Positions 38,754 through 52,555 of a stretch of DNA of 64,000 nt are shown one piece after another. The position numbers were made by a program, and so were the translations under genes. A model generated the notes under the pieces. The model was not told the DNA's origin. It saw only the letters and a program-made list of their open reading frames with translations, and searched no databases. This DNA is from Octopus sinensis (lineage: Eukaryota). The stretch's first letter is position 1. Each line of letters opens with the position of its first letter. The DNA is taken from positions 107,694,001 to 107,758,000 of the forward strand of contig NC_043005.1 of NCBI RefSeq assembly GCF_006345805.1, given 5' to 3'.

Positions 38754-39870
38754 GGCGGCGACCTGGCAGAAACGTTAGCGCGCAGGGCGAAATGCGTAGC
38801 CGTATTTCGTCTGCCGTTACGTTCTGAGTTCAAATTCCGCCGAGGTCGACATTGCCTTTCATCCTTTCGGGGTCGATAAATTAAGTACCAGTTACGCACT
38901 GGGGTCGATGTAATCGACTTAATCCCTTTGTCTGTCCTTGTTGGTCCTCTCTGTGTTTAGCCCCTTGTACGTAGTAAGGAAATATATATTTTTTATTACA
39001 ATGTAGGTATTTGGCTGAAGTTGAATTTTTTCCAATTTTCTCTGATGTGTAAGGAAGCTGAGATTGAGTTTAATGGCAATTTTAATCGTGTGACTTAAGA
39101 CAATCCTACCAGCTCTTTTTAAAAGATGCTTTATACTATTAGAAATCATCAAACTACTTTTCGATTTTCTTCAAGACAAGTCAATAACCTTTCTTTTATT
39201 TTCAATGTGTGCATGAACATTGTAGACGAAATGTCATAATAATGGCGTAAATGTGAGTACCAGTAAAAAATACTATCTTTTGATAAATCCCTTGTGTATC
39301 ACCAACGTCATCCATTCCTATTTTCGCATGGCATCAGATTCACAGATCACCAAGCTCCTTGATAACCAGCTTATAGTAATTCAGTTTGTGTAGGCCCACA
39401 ATTTGCCAAAGATCTACCAAAGCTACCAAATTCCAACTATTGTCGGTAAGTTGATGCAATTAAGGCGGCAAGCTGGCAGAAACGTTAGCACGCCGCGCGA
39501 AATGCTTAGCGGTATTTCGTCTGCCGTTATGTTCTGAGTTCAAATTCCGCCTTTGCTTTCATCTTTTCGGGGTCGATAAATTAAGCACCAGTTATGCACT
39601 GGGGTCGATATAATCGACTTAATCCGTTTGTCTCTCCTTGGTTGTCCTCTCTGTGTTTAGCCCCTTGTGGGTAGTAAAGAAACAGGTATTTCGTCTGTCT
39701 TTACGTTCTGAGTTGATATTCCGCCGAGGTCGACTTTGCCTTCCATCCTTTCGGGGTCGATTAAATAAGTACCAGTTATGCACTGGTGTCGATATAATCG
39801 ATTTAATCCGTTTGTCTCTCCTTGCTTGTCCTCTCTGTTTTTAGCCCCTTGTGGGTAGTAAAGAAATAGG
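38754..39870 (+). repeat. Permuted copy: SINE B - X - Y - SINE B dimer
   Basis: High identity to the reverse complement of 35529-36487, with a novel X/Y junction CCAGCTC-TTTTTAAAAGATGC at ~39110-39128. Confidence 0.9.
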
Positions 39871-40518
39871 TAATTTGATGCAACGTTGGTACAATGTGAT
39901 AGATTTTAAATATCACACTGCAGCCAACTTTGCCTTTTAACTATTCAACTTTCCGGGGTCAAGTACCGTATGCTAGATAACATCGATTAAACCTTCTTGT
40001 TAATAAATATGGCCTCTGGCCTATGATAGGAATCAATATCTGATCGATTAGCAGAATCATTATCTCACCGGACAAAATATTTTGCTGTATTTAGTTAAGA
40101 TCTCCGAAGTCAGCTTTAACTTAAATGCTTCCCGTAGATTGATAAAATAAAGTATCATTCTCGTTCTATAATGTTGATACAATTGACTAGATCCTTTCTG
40201 CAGAAATATATAATTTTGTGCTTAAACAACAAATTAGCATTTAAACAACAGAAGTAGCAAACAGTGAAACTATTGAAAATATTTTTATTGGCATCTAGTA
40301 CTGTGTTGAAAATTTTCCCAGGCTATGACCTATGTGCCCAAGTATTGTTCATAACTTGGCAGCATTAGACACTGCGGAAGTATAGGCATCTGTTGAGTGA
40401 CTTACACAGCAGATGCTTAATGACTAGTAATTAAACGTCTTGCTTTGAAAGGAGAAAAAATGCCAGTAGTAATTGTTACTGGTTTTAAAGAAACGTAGTT
40501 AAAAGTTGAAGACATTTA

Positions 40519-40637
40519 GAAATTTTAACGGTGAGTATGTTACATTATAAGGCACAAAAAGAAAATGACTCTCTCCAGACACAACAGAATATGCTTCAAC
40601 ACACGAACTCATATAAAGAATCTTGCAAACCAAATCC
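40519..40637 (+). repeat. ~120 bp dispersed repeat, first copy at 17168-17287
   Basis: Direct sequence match. Confidence 0.85.
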
Positions 40638-41788
40638 CAAAACGAAACATTTAGAAAGAGTTTTGTAGAAAATACAATTTTATGCATAGGGTTAATGGCT
40701 AGAAATTCTTGGGCACTTGTTTATGCGTGTAAGAGTGTGGGTGCATGTGTGGTGTGTGGTTGTGTGTGTGTGTTCAATGGCTTAAAAGCAATTTCACCTC
40801 CTTCAACAGGACAAACGCACAAACACAACACAATCTTATCACCTCTATCTTAAGAATATCAACAGCAGACAGCCAAAAGCTTTAAGATCATTACAAATGC
40901 TAAACTTTACCATCCAGAAGGAACGACCCTGGTAAACACAGATCCTCATCAAGTAAAATTTGTATTACAAAGAAAGACCTTCCGCTTCAATGTCCGAAAA
41001 AAACTTCAACCAACGACAATAACTAAGTTGGTAACACAGGTGAGATACAATATACTTGTTATTATGGTTGCTTGACGAAATATGGTGTTCCTACCAGCTA
41101 TTAATATGTACGTACCTGATGCCAGTAATGTGTTTATGTAAAACTATTATACCCCGCTGTGTTACATCGTTAAATTTAATGGGTATTTAAGCGGTGCCCG
41201 TGAATGGTTAATGGGTTGAATGTGGTGCTCAAAAAGGAGCAATAACATCTGAAAATTCATATATAGACTATTGAGACCTATTTTAAAAGGGATACGCACA
41301 CACGCACACACACACATATACATATCAAAAAGTAATTTGCTTAATTAAAATTAATATTTTGTAAGAGAAATGGCTTAGCAGAAGAGACGATTGCTGAGGG
41401 AACGACACATAGATGGGGAGCCGGACGATGTGACTAATCTTAGAAGAATCAGAAACAAGGAAAGAAATAACGACAATTCAGTACCTTGCAAATAACGATA
41501 ACAAATGAATGAGCCAGTGCAGTAAAAATGCAATCGATGCTGAATGGTCCTCAGAAATAAAAAAGTGCAACAGTGGAAGAAAGAAATACAGAAGGGAAGA
41601 TCTGATAAACAAATTAACATTAAGAGGAATGGTAGGACGGTAGATATTGAACCAAAATTTCATTTATTTTCAAAGTTAACATGAACACGTACAGTAATAC
41701 TAATACACAGATATAATGTATGAGCGTGTGTCTGTATGTAGGTGTAATTATGTATATGCGTATATTTGCCTCCATCTTTCTCTTTCAA

Positions 41789-41848
<60 letters not shown>

Positions 41849-42012
41849 TATATATATGCATATATATATACATATATACATATATGTATATATACATATA
41901 TATATATGTATATATACATATATGTATATATACATACATATATATACGCATAAATATGTAGATCTATATCTATGCTGGCGCACGTAAACACACACAGAAT
42001 TACATATGCAAT

Positions 42013-42043
<31 letters not shown>

Positions 42044-42117
42044 TGGTGTGTGTGTGTGTGGTGTGTGTGTGTATTCATGCACATAATTACATATATATAT
42101 ATGTGTGTGTATATAAA

Positions 42118-42190
<73 letters not shown>

Positions 42191-43054
42191 GTGCGCACAC
42201 AACCACAAACATTATCCATACATTCCCATCGTTATCAAAGGAAAAGATGGCCGCTATAACTGAAAATTCATAAACTTATCATCGAGCTTCTTTCTAATTA
42301 ATCAGACCCCTTTTACCAGACCGTCTTTTAATTTCCTGTCGTTCTCTTCTGCTAGGAATGTCTACTGGTGTATTCTGGCTGCTGCCATGTCAACTGGTGG
42401 TTGGTGCTTCCATCTGGTTAGCTTATTTGGCCAGCAAATGTTGTCTTTAGAAGAGAATGGTATTTGTTTAAATATACATACTTAACCATTTACAACTTTA
42501 CGTCGTAATCACTAACACCATCGCCATAATCGTGACCACGTGACAATCATCAATGCTTATATCACCATCGTTATCACCACCATCATCATTAGCAGCATTA
42601 ACAGTGTCGTCGTCGTCGTCGTTCCCGTTGTCATCGTCATCATCCTCATCATCAGCATCATCGTCGTGGTCGTTGTCGTCATCATCAACTTCATCAATAT
42701 CTGTACAATCAATATTACTACATTATTATCCATCACACATCAACATTTCCACTGTCTCTCATCCCAATATATAAAGGTCCTCTTGATCAAATGTTTATCT
42801 ATAAACTCATATCTCAACATATTTTAATCACACCGAGAAGGAAATTTTAAGCTACAGCTCAAGATAAAGTGAGATTATGGATTTAAGCAGAGAAGCTGTA
42901 TAATCATTAAGAAGAAAATATTCATTATGTGTACACGTGTGTGTACATGTATGTAACATGCTTACATGTATACACAGATGTATGTATATATATGTATGCG
43001 TGTATGTATGTATATGCATATATATGTATGTATATATATATATATATAATATAT

Positions 43055-43085
<31 letters not shown>

Positions 43086-43689
43086 GCATACATATATATG
43101 CATATATATGTATATATATATATATATATTATATATATATATATATTATATATATATATATATATATACATACACAGACATATGCATATAGCCATCTATA
43201 TACGTAGACATAAGAATATATAAATATGTGTCTGTGCATGTGAGTATATTCACAGATACACACACACACATTTGTGTGTGTGCATATTTAATTATATATT
43301 ATATATGTACTATATTGATATATATATATATAAATATAGGTATTAATATCTATATTTATACAACTATGCGTATGCGTAAATATATTTGTGTGTGTTTATA
43401 TATATATTATGTGCCTCTGTATATATATATATATATATAATATATATATATATATACAGAGTGAGAGAGAGAGACAGAGAGAGAGAGAGAAAATGTTAGT
43501 TATGACCAGTTCATAGGGTTACTCAGGGTTTCGCAGCCAGAAAGCGCTTAGCTTAATACACATCTCGTCAGACGCTAATAGCCGGTGGCCCATAACCTTA
43601 TATATATATATATATATATATAATATATGATGGATTCTCTCGTCGTAAACGAAAATGAGGATTCAATAAAGCAGTTATGTTTCTCTCGA

Positions 43690-44310
43690 CATGAATATTG
43701 CTACTGAGTCCTGTTGGTGTCTTGTAAACCTTTTTGGGAAATGGAACAAGTTGAGGTTTCAGTTTGTTCGAGTAGTTGTGGATCCTTTACAATAAGTTTC
43801 CTTCAGTTGACGGCAAGGCCAGCTTTGCTTCTTGCTACAAAACCACAATGTCAGGTAAGGTTTCTATTTATGGGAGCAGCGTTTTGCGAGCAGGCCCTCG
43901 TGTTTGCAGGAATTTTGTCACAATGTTGGAGTCGACATTTCTCAAATTTTTGAAGTGAGTAGAAGCAGGACTAATGCCAAGTCCTGCGTTCTGATTATTT
44001 GTTTTCCCTGGAAGAAAAGGGAAATTTTGCATCTCTTCAGATTGTTATTTACTTTGTCTTTGAATCGCAAAAGTGCCCATCCAGCTGACCTTCATGCTGC
44101 GAATTAAATAAAAAGTGTTTTGGAATTCTGATATCACTTATGTGAAAGATACGATCTGATTATCCAAGCTGTACTTTGATGAGAATGGCCTAAATACCTG
44201 ATACGTTCCATTTTGCTAGCACCTCACAGTTATGAATATGATCACTCGGTTTTATGTTGGAGATAGTATGCAAGCATCGCATTTGAAAAGCGATATGTGT
44301 GTGTATGTAT
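43690..44310 (-). mobile_element. Decayed RTE-clade LINE 3' region (possibly extends to ~45100 with endonuclease remnants)
   Basis: FQMRCLHTISNIK..DHIHNCEVL....SGI*AILIKVQL, LLRFKDKVNNNLKRCKIS, and HCGFVARSKAGLA (C2H2-like tail) are typical RTE ORF C-terminal motifs. Confidence 0.75.
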
Positions 44311-46002
44311 GTATGTATTATGGTTTTGACTTCTCTGTACTAGATTCTCAGTAGCCACAGTTACAGACGACCAGATTGACTGTGCTGTCAAGTGGTGAGA
44401 GTGCGTAGGCGATGTTTAAATGACAGTACCTGTTTTGTCGACCTTGTAGTTAGAATTAGATCAGACAATGAAATTTAAGAGTATGCTTTTCATTCGGGTT
44501 CTCTTTGCCAAGATTTTAAAGGCCGTGTCGGAATATGATCTTCAAAGTTGAATATTCCATGACTTTATATTCTGTGACCATATCTACCGATATCCAGTAT
44601 TGCTTTCGTTAGATTTGTCTGTGTATGTGTCATTTCTACTTTGTTATTTGATGAATTTGCGTAGGTTTCCCTGCTTTGGTTATAGTTTTGCAAGATTTGT
44701 TATTTTGTATGTTAGAGAGGAATTCAATTCGATGAATTTATTTCTTATCTCTGGGGAAGCATTGATCAAGCTTTGTAAACCTTTTAGGTGCTACTTAAAA
44801 AATTACAAATCTTTACATGTCGAATTTTTGTTGTATAGATTCCGGGTGTGAGATTTTGACGACACAGTGATTGGTATGTGAGATTACATGCCATGCTACT
44901 GTTTCACCCCCTTTTGTTCCAAAAGCGAAATAAGATTCTTCCGTATTCTTTATTTACATTATGGAATGTTTGACAAATATTACAGACGTAATATCTAGTG
45001 ATGTTTCCTGTAATTAAGATCACAGACTTTGCTTATTTTGCGGGGGAAAGCATTTTCACAATCTCTCCAATGTGTATGTAAAAGAGAGACCAAGAATTAC
45101 GGACATATGAGGATATGCGGTAGCTCCCGTTAGTTACATGTTTTGGTCCTGGAGAAAATATGTCTTAATGACAATATAAGCTTTAACTCTGACTTTGAAA
45201 TTCAAGTACCTCTGTTTTCATGCCATTAAGAAACATTATGATCATATTTTCACTTCCTAAAAATGGGTAATAAGGCTTAGATATTTTTAATGGTTTTCAA
45301 TAGTAGCTCATTGATAATTCTGTAGAACTATTCTTTACCAGCACCAAGATTTCAAGGAAACAAAACCAATTCCCAAGACATTTAGATAAGAAAAATACTA
45401 CCAGACTAAACCTATATGTCATTCTTTATAAGCATTTTATGTCATTAACAGTTATTTTGTATAATTAATAACTGGTGTGTCTGATAAATAAATTAGTTTA
45501 TAAACTTGTTTTCGAGAACAATTTAATACTAATGGGAAAATTTTTTAGACGTGTTTTATTATTTTCATTTTCTTTTTATCTAGCTTTCTTATATATTCAT
45601 ATTTGCTTCTATTTTCATTTATTATTTTCTTTCGGTTTCTTTTTCGGAAAAAGATTTCTCTGAATTGTATCTCTGTTATCTTTCATATATGTCTTGAAGT
45701 CAGTTCTCTACTTCATTTATTATCGACAAAAATATTGGTCAGATTCTATGACATTAATTCCAATGTTTTAGCCTGAATTGTTTGAAGACCTTACATACAA
45801 AAGAACATGAGATATCTCTCTAACAAGGAAAAAAAATCGACAAACAAAATATGTGATTTGGGCAACAATAGAGACAGCAAAGAAACCACGAATTTTGGAC
45901 TATTTTTAGCCTACTTATAACAATATATCATTCTTTTCTCTCTTTCCTGTGTGTGTGTGTGCGTGTACGTAAATGCGTGTGTTGGAGCGTGTGACTGTGT
46001 GA

Positions 46003-46192
46003 TAGTACGCCCGGCAAAATGTTTAGCAACATTTCGTCCGTCTTTACGGTCTGAGTTCAAATTTCTCCGTGGCTTACTTTATCTTTCATCCTTTTGAGAA
46101 CGATTAAAAAAGTACCAGTTGAGTACTAGGGTCGATATAATCGACTTGCCCCCTTCTCCAAAATTGCTGGCTTTGTGCCAAAATTTGAAATC
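46003..46192 (+). mobile_element. SINE family B, degraded monomer with alternative tail
   Basis: Core CTTTCATCCTTTTGAGAACGATTAAAAAAGTACCAG and tail AAATTGCTGGCTTTGTGCCAAAATTTGAAA. Confidence 0.7.
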
Positions 46193-46329
46193 CATATTTG
46201 GCCATTTTAATTCAATCGTAAGCACTAAAGGGGGCCCTTGACAACGACTCGGTTTTCCCCAGCTCAGCTAAATCCATGAGAAAGATGTTTGTTTTTGTTG
46301 TGTGATACACGTGAAACGAGGAAGCCTTT

Positions 46330-46419
46330 ATCTTTTACTTCATGTTTCAGACAAAAGACTGCGACCACGCTGGGGCACCGTCATGAAGAACTTTTAGTCG
46401 AATGAATCGATCCTAGTAT

Positions 46420-46480
<61 letters not shown>

Positions 46481-46870
46481 AAAGTTGGTACTTATTCTAT
46501 CGGTCTTTGTTTGGCCGAAACGTTAGGTTACGGGAACGTAAACAACCAACACCGGTCGTTAAATGGTGATAGTGTCGAACACTGACGCGAAGACATACAC
46601 ACGCACGCGCGCACACACATATACACACACACGCACTCACTCGAACACACATGAACATATTCACACATACATACATATATGTGTGTATATATATAAAAGT
46701 AGATATATGGTGGGCTTCTTTCTGATTCCATCTACCAGATCCACTCACAAAGCTTTGGTTGGTCCGAGGCTATAATAGAAGACAGTTACCCAAGGTGTTA
46801 CACAGTGGGACTGAACCCGGAGAGATGTGGTTGAGAAGCAAGCTTCTTACCACACAGCCACGTATGCACC
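46330..46870 (-). mobile_element. SINE family A with internal (TA)n expansion
   Basis: Colinear with 16181-16581 apart from a microsatellite at ~46420-46480. Confidence 0.8.
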
Positions 46871-46873
46871 TAT

Positions 46874-47246
46874 GGATGGAAGCACTCCGTCGGTTACGAC
46901 GACGAGGGTTCCGGTTGATCCGATCAACGGAACAGCCTGCTCGTGAAATTAACGTGTATGTGGCTCAGCACTCCACAGACACGTGTACCCTTAACGTAGT
47001 TCTCGGGGATATTCAGCGTGACACAGAGAGTGACAAGGCCGGCCCCTTGAAATACAGGTACAACAGAAACAGGAAGTAAGAGTGAGAGAAACTTGTGGTG
47101 AAAGAGTACAGCAGGGATCACCACCATCCCTGCCGGAACCTCGTGGAGCTTTAGGTGTTTTCGCTCAATAAACACTCACAACGCCCGGTCTGGGAATCGA
47201 AACCGCGATCCTACGACCGTGAGTCCGCTGGGCTATTGCGCCTCCA
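46874..47246 (-). mobile_element. tRNA-derived SINE family C-related
   Basis: Minus head ATGGAGGCGCAATAGCCCAG...GCGGTTTCGATTCCCAGACCGGGCG, shared with the 34921 copy. Confidence 0.75.
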
Positions 47247-47428
47247 TGCACCTATAATTATGATTAGAAAACCTCTGAGCCTACGTCTTCTCAGTCCGAA
47301 CTCACCTGGAATTAAACAACAATAAAAGCAACAACGGACATTTCGGTTTGAGTCTTCATTAGTACAATTCGTGACCTCAAATACAGAATTCCACTCCATG
47401 AAATATTTTACACTCGTACGTATATATA

Positions 47429-48311
47429 CGAAGTCTGACCAAAAGTATCCAGACTGTTGCCATAGTCACGAAGCTAAAGCACGCAGAGAGAAACCGCTAA
47501 GCACGTATTGACTTTGAATTTTGACGGGCATACGCACTAACTTTTAACGTTTTATCTCACTTCTGCTGTTTACAGCAGCACTTGGAAGGCAGGTGTGTAG
47601 CGTGTGATCGACGTATTGACCAGGACAGAAGGAGTTGGGCAGAGATTCTGCATTAAATTTTGCCAAAAGCTTGAGGTTACCTGTTCAGAAGCATACGAAA
47701 AGTTTACAAAAAGTTTTCATCGTTCTCGACCCAATGAAGGAGATGTGCAACTGAAACCCGAAAGTCTTTTTGGTCAACTAAAAGCAGTTTTGGCACAAAC
47801 TTGGCAGACACACGTTTCATACTCAAGTCTTCAGTGATAGTAGACTCAACTGACTGTAACTAATCTGCACCCTCTGATAACTCACGGACGGTGATTCGAC
47901 GATTCCCTTCACAACTGCACGCACATCTGCGATGTTTTTCTCAGTTCTGCTAGCTGCAGGTGTCCCAGAACGTTCGTCAATATCGACATTTTTAGGCCAT
48001 CTTGGAAATATCTGAACCACTCGTAGACTTGTGTGCGGCTCATACACACCTGTCCATACACTATCTGCAAATTTGCGTTGGCCTCTGAGCAGGTATCGCC
48101 ACGACAACTTTCTTTGTCAAGGTCAATGCTGCGATCACACGCTACACACCTTCCTTCCAATCCCTGCTGGAAATAGAAGTGAGCTAAAACGTTAACACTA
48201 AGTGCGCATACAAAGTAGAGTTCAAGGTCATTTTTTGCCTAGTGCTTTCACTCTGCATGTTCTCGCTTCGTTACTATGGCAACAGTCCGGATACTTATTG
48301 ATCAGACCTCG
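47429..48311. mobile_element. Composite mariner made of two inverted left ends, TA-flanked
   Basis: TIRs TA|CGAAGTCTGACCAAAAGTATCCAGACTGTTGCCATAG and CTATGGCAACAGTCCGGATACTTATTGATCAGACCTCG|TA. Plus arm encodes QRFCIKFCQKL; minus arm encodes GDTCSEA...MSRTQVYEWF...DERSG.P...KRVSAKFVPKLL. Confidence 0.85.
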
Positions 48312-48530
48312 TATATGTATGCAAGCAAGTAGGTGGATAAGAATGAATGCATGTGCGTATGTCATACGTGTGTGTGTGCATGTATTTATATTTTAAATAG
48401 ATGTGGATGATGGTGATCAATAAACCACGTGATAAAAACGGCGGCGAATAATGGCGATAATTAGGACGATGATTGAGGAGAATGTCGGATTGGAGGAAGA
48501 AGTGGATGTTGTTCATGTATCGATGATTCA

Positions 48531-48569
<39 letters not shown>

Positions 48570-49408
48570 TGTGGTGGTGGTGGTGGTGGTGGTGGTCAGT
48601 GATTGTTGTGCTGAGTCTGCTGTTGCTGGTAGCATAAGCAGTGGAGGCGGCTGCGGCGTCAGCGTCAGCGGTGATCGTGATGATGGTGATGACAGCATAC
48701 GATGACATGTATAAAGATAAGAAATATTTCTAAATAAATAAGAAAAATAACAAACAAAAAAAATATTCATTAAAAGCAGCAACAACGATATTCAAACAAA
48801 ACTTGCCTTTTTTTTTTCTTTTCTTGTTAACCTACCGCTTCACCGCCCTAACTCCTGCTTTTTAAAATAACAGAAATTGTCAAAAGTGAATTGCCACAGA
48901 TCATATCTTCTGCCCAAACCATTCTTTTTCCCATCAATGATATCCAATCCATTTGGAATCCACGATCTTTGTGTGCAAAATTCAATTTATTGCAATATTT
49001 ACCAAGTATTGGCAGGAAATTGACTTTCCCCTGTTTGTTTACGTATAGATACTAAACTGAGGAAGAACGGATTGACTTCAGGTTGCCAAGATTAAGGCCT
49101 GGCACCGGACTAAAGGTAAACTTTCTGCGGAGTACAACATGAAAATGTAAAGATAAAAAGTTGATCGGTCTTTGATAAGAATCTCGGCTAAAGGAGAATT
49201 TACTGAGTGAGGGGGCGTGTGTGTGCGTGTGTGTGTGTGTGTGTGCACGCGTGTGTGTGTGTGTGTGAGTGTGTATGTGTGTGTGTGCGTGTGTGTGTGT
49301 GTACGCATATCAAACAGAAGTGAAATGAGGACAAGAAAACAGGTAACAGAGGGAGGTGAGAGGAAGTGTGGCGAAGTGTTGTACTTTAATGAAAGAGGTG
49401 AATTACAT

Positions 49409-49475
<67 letters not shown>

Positions 49476-50100
49476 TGTATGTATGTATGTGTGTGTGTAT
49501 GTATATATGTACATACTTTACGCACATATAATACACACACATATATGCATATATATATACATATATAGTATATGTGTATCTATGTCTGTTGATATTAGCT
49601 AAAAGAAAACTATATCTTCATTTAATCGATAAGAAATAAAGACTCCTTTCTATAAATATTTCACGAAAGTGAACATACTCACCATTTACTGAGAGAAACA
49701 ATTCCTGGTGATTAATTGCCAAGCTTTAAAACAATCAATCTTCACTTTTATTATATTACTAATAAAATTCCTCACACATTTTCATAAGAACCCATCATAT
49801 TTTTCACAATCAAGGACACATTATCACTTGTTATATATTATAACAGTAATGTATAAACAGAATTTGCTCCCACAAACATCTAGAATAGCTAAAGAATTCT
49901 ATAGTCATGAAACTGATCAGTTTATAGTATATAACTCTGTTGTTAAAAGATTATATTTTCACCCAACGGCAATATATTGAATAACTTATTAGTGTTCGCT
50001 CTCTCTCTTTATATTGTTCTTCCGTTAATTGGTGACGTAACAAAATAAGTACTCCATCCAGACAGAGTTATGTATTACTTAATATATAAACGACTGTAAA

Positions 50101-50330
50101 GGCGGTGAGCTGACAGAAACGTTAGCACGCCGGGCGAAATGCTTAGCAGTATTTCGTCTGCCGCTACGTTCTGAGTTCAAATTCCGCCGAGGTCGACTTT
50201 GCCTTTTATCCTTTCGGGGTCGATTAAATAAGCACCAGTTACGCACTGGGGTCAATGTAATCGACTTAATCCATTTTCTGTCCTTGTTTGTCCCCTCTAT
50301 GTTTAGCCCCTTCTGGTCAATAAAGAAATA
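50101..50330 (+). mobile_element. SINE family B monomer
   Basis: Complete head, core and long tail. Confidence 0.85.
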
Positions 50331-50731
50331 TATAAAAACGACTTCAAACTGAGCTCCTCTAAGTTTCAAGTTATAGTCTAAAAGATTGCCCCTTAGTGCG
50401 CAGCACGCCATGCAAGCTCGCCGTACAGTCGTAAGTATGAAACTTATCTCAATTTTAAATCATATATATATATATAAATATATATAATATAAGGTTAAGA
50501 GAATACTAACGAGTAAATATATTTTGAAAAAAGAAGAACATCATCAAGGAAAACAAAGGAAATAAATTTTCCATGATAAAATCCTCCAAACATTTTCTTC
50601 CTTCCGTAAATGTTTCAATATGTGTGTGTATTCATATATACATGTATACATACAGACACACACACACACCACATATATATATATATATAATATATATATA
50701 TAAAAAATAATATATATATATTATATATATA

Positions 50732-50969
50732 CATAGAGTTTTGGCCAAAATTCACCCGACGGTAATCAAAAATCCATAAATATTTAATATTCAATTTTAT
50801 TTATTCATTACAATTATTAAGGTTTTTTCATTGAATGCTGTGAGTTAAAATCACCGTTTACTTTTCAACATTTGTCTACTTTTAGTGAAGTCTCATATAA
50901 TTTTTTTTTTTAATCTTTAATTTAAACGGGTTTTGATTTACTGTCAGGTGACTTTTGGCCAACCCTGTG
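50732..50969. mobile_element. Short Tc1/mariner-type MITE (~240 bp)
   Basis: Inverted ends CATAGAGTTTTGGCCAAAATTCACCCGACGGTAATCAAAA and TTTTGATTTACTGTCAGGTGACTTTTGGCCAACCCTGTG, TA-flanked. Confidence 0.75.
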
Positions 50970-50974
50970 TACGA

Positions 50975-51533
50975 TCTGGGTTCCCGTTAGAGTTTTCTTC
51001 TAGGATAATGTAAACTCGTATTTAAAAAAATATGAAGTACAATCCGGGTCTGGTCGTCTCAACCTCTGCTGTGCTGCTTGTGTTAGTGATGGTTGCGATG
51101 AAATATGGGTTCAGCACTGCACATCACTTTATCCACTCAAAACAAATCCAAAACCATCTCTTGCTGAATCTTCTCGTTAGTGTTGGAGGTTGACAGATGT
51201 CCTGTTCCCTCTTCGTGCGTCACCTTGTCCGGCCACTTTTAAACTTCCTGATCCCCATATTGTGCTAAAAGCCTCCGATGAATTTCAGCACCTGATACAC
51301 CTTCCGACCAGAGAAATTCGATCACTGCTCTTAGCTGTTCTTTGGTTCACATTGCTAGTGGAGCGGCCAAACTTACACTTTAAAGCCAGAAAGGATAATG
51401 ACGCGATTAAGCTCAAACTTCGATCACGTGACCACAATAGTACCTACTATAAGCACGCATGAGCAGAAGGCAGTATGACTATGATAAAGATATGCTATGG
51501 CGAAAGTGCAAATAATTTATGATTTCTCCCTTG
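50975..51533 (-). mobile_element. Internally deleted mariner remnant
   Basis: AAPLAM*TKEQLRAVIEFLWSEGVSGAEIHRRLLAQYGD...KSGRT.VTHEEGTG..STS is a mariner transposase N-terminus; TA-flanked TIR-like end at 51533. Confidence 0.75.
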
Positions 51534-51569
51534 TATACATGTATACATTTCTTTAAGCCCAATCCGAGG

Positions 51570-52555
51570 GCTACGGCCACGCTGAGGCATTTGCTTTCTT
51601 ACACATCCAGTAAACCTCTGAAATGTGGCATTTGGTGAATGGGGAAGTTTAGCGTTGCTGCCCTTATCCGTGTTTTTTTGTCTTGAGGTAGGTACATCCG
51701 GAACTAGTTGACAAAAGGAGATCCAGTTTTGTTTTTAAAACGCCCACATCCACGCCATGCGAGTCTCTCAGGCTTTGTGGGAGGATATTTAAGAGCTGTG
51801 AACTCTTGAAGCCCAAGCATGTTGCAATATCTGGTCCAGTAACCTAACGGTAATGTTGGGATTTTTGGTACTAAACAGTGACGTTCCGTCCTGCAGCTTG
51901 TGTAACCGACAATGCCATAATTTGAAACATGTTCTAGGATGTTCCAGATGTATATTACTGCGCATTTTTCCCGCCCTTGTTCTAGGGAGCAGAGTCTTAA
52001 CTCTTTCAGTCTCTCTCAGTAGATGATATGTCGCATTGAACCCATAACCTTTCTGTAGCCTTCGAGTCCGTCGTTAATTTTACACTGTTTGGTGGCCACA
52101 GTTTGGAGCATTAATCCAAACGTCAGAGGACAAAAGTCTTCCAGAGGACCATCATGGTTTTCTGTTCTCTCATTTTGAAAGTTCGAAGGATCCATCCGGC
52201 AAAATGTCTGCATTTTATTGCCAACTTAGTAATATACATCTGGAAAGGTACATCATTATTCATGTAGATGCACTGATTTTGATTCCGGAATTGCAACCCC
52301 TCCTGGGTCAGTGTATCCTGTCTGAGCTTTGTGTATTGGTAGAGCAAGTGTATGCTTATATGCCTTGTGGTAAGACTTCCAACAAGCTGTATAACATTTG
52401 ATCAGTTACGAGAAAACCTTTGTGAAATGTAGCTACCCAGAATTTCTTGGGCAAAATATTAATTTATTTCGCCATCTATAAAGCTGGGAAAAACAACAAG
52501 ACTGTTCAGCAGCTGTTTTCGATGCCTTTATTGTTTGAATGAGCACACACATTTA
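51570..52555 (-). mobile_element. Decayed CR1-clade LINE, RT C-terminus and 3' end
   Basis: KLAIKCRHFAGWILRTFKMREQKTMMVLWKTFVL followed by frameshifted ERLKELRL.SLE..R and F.TKLD..LS.VPD.PTSRQ-type motifs. Confidence 0.85.
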
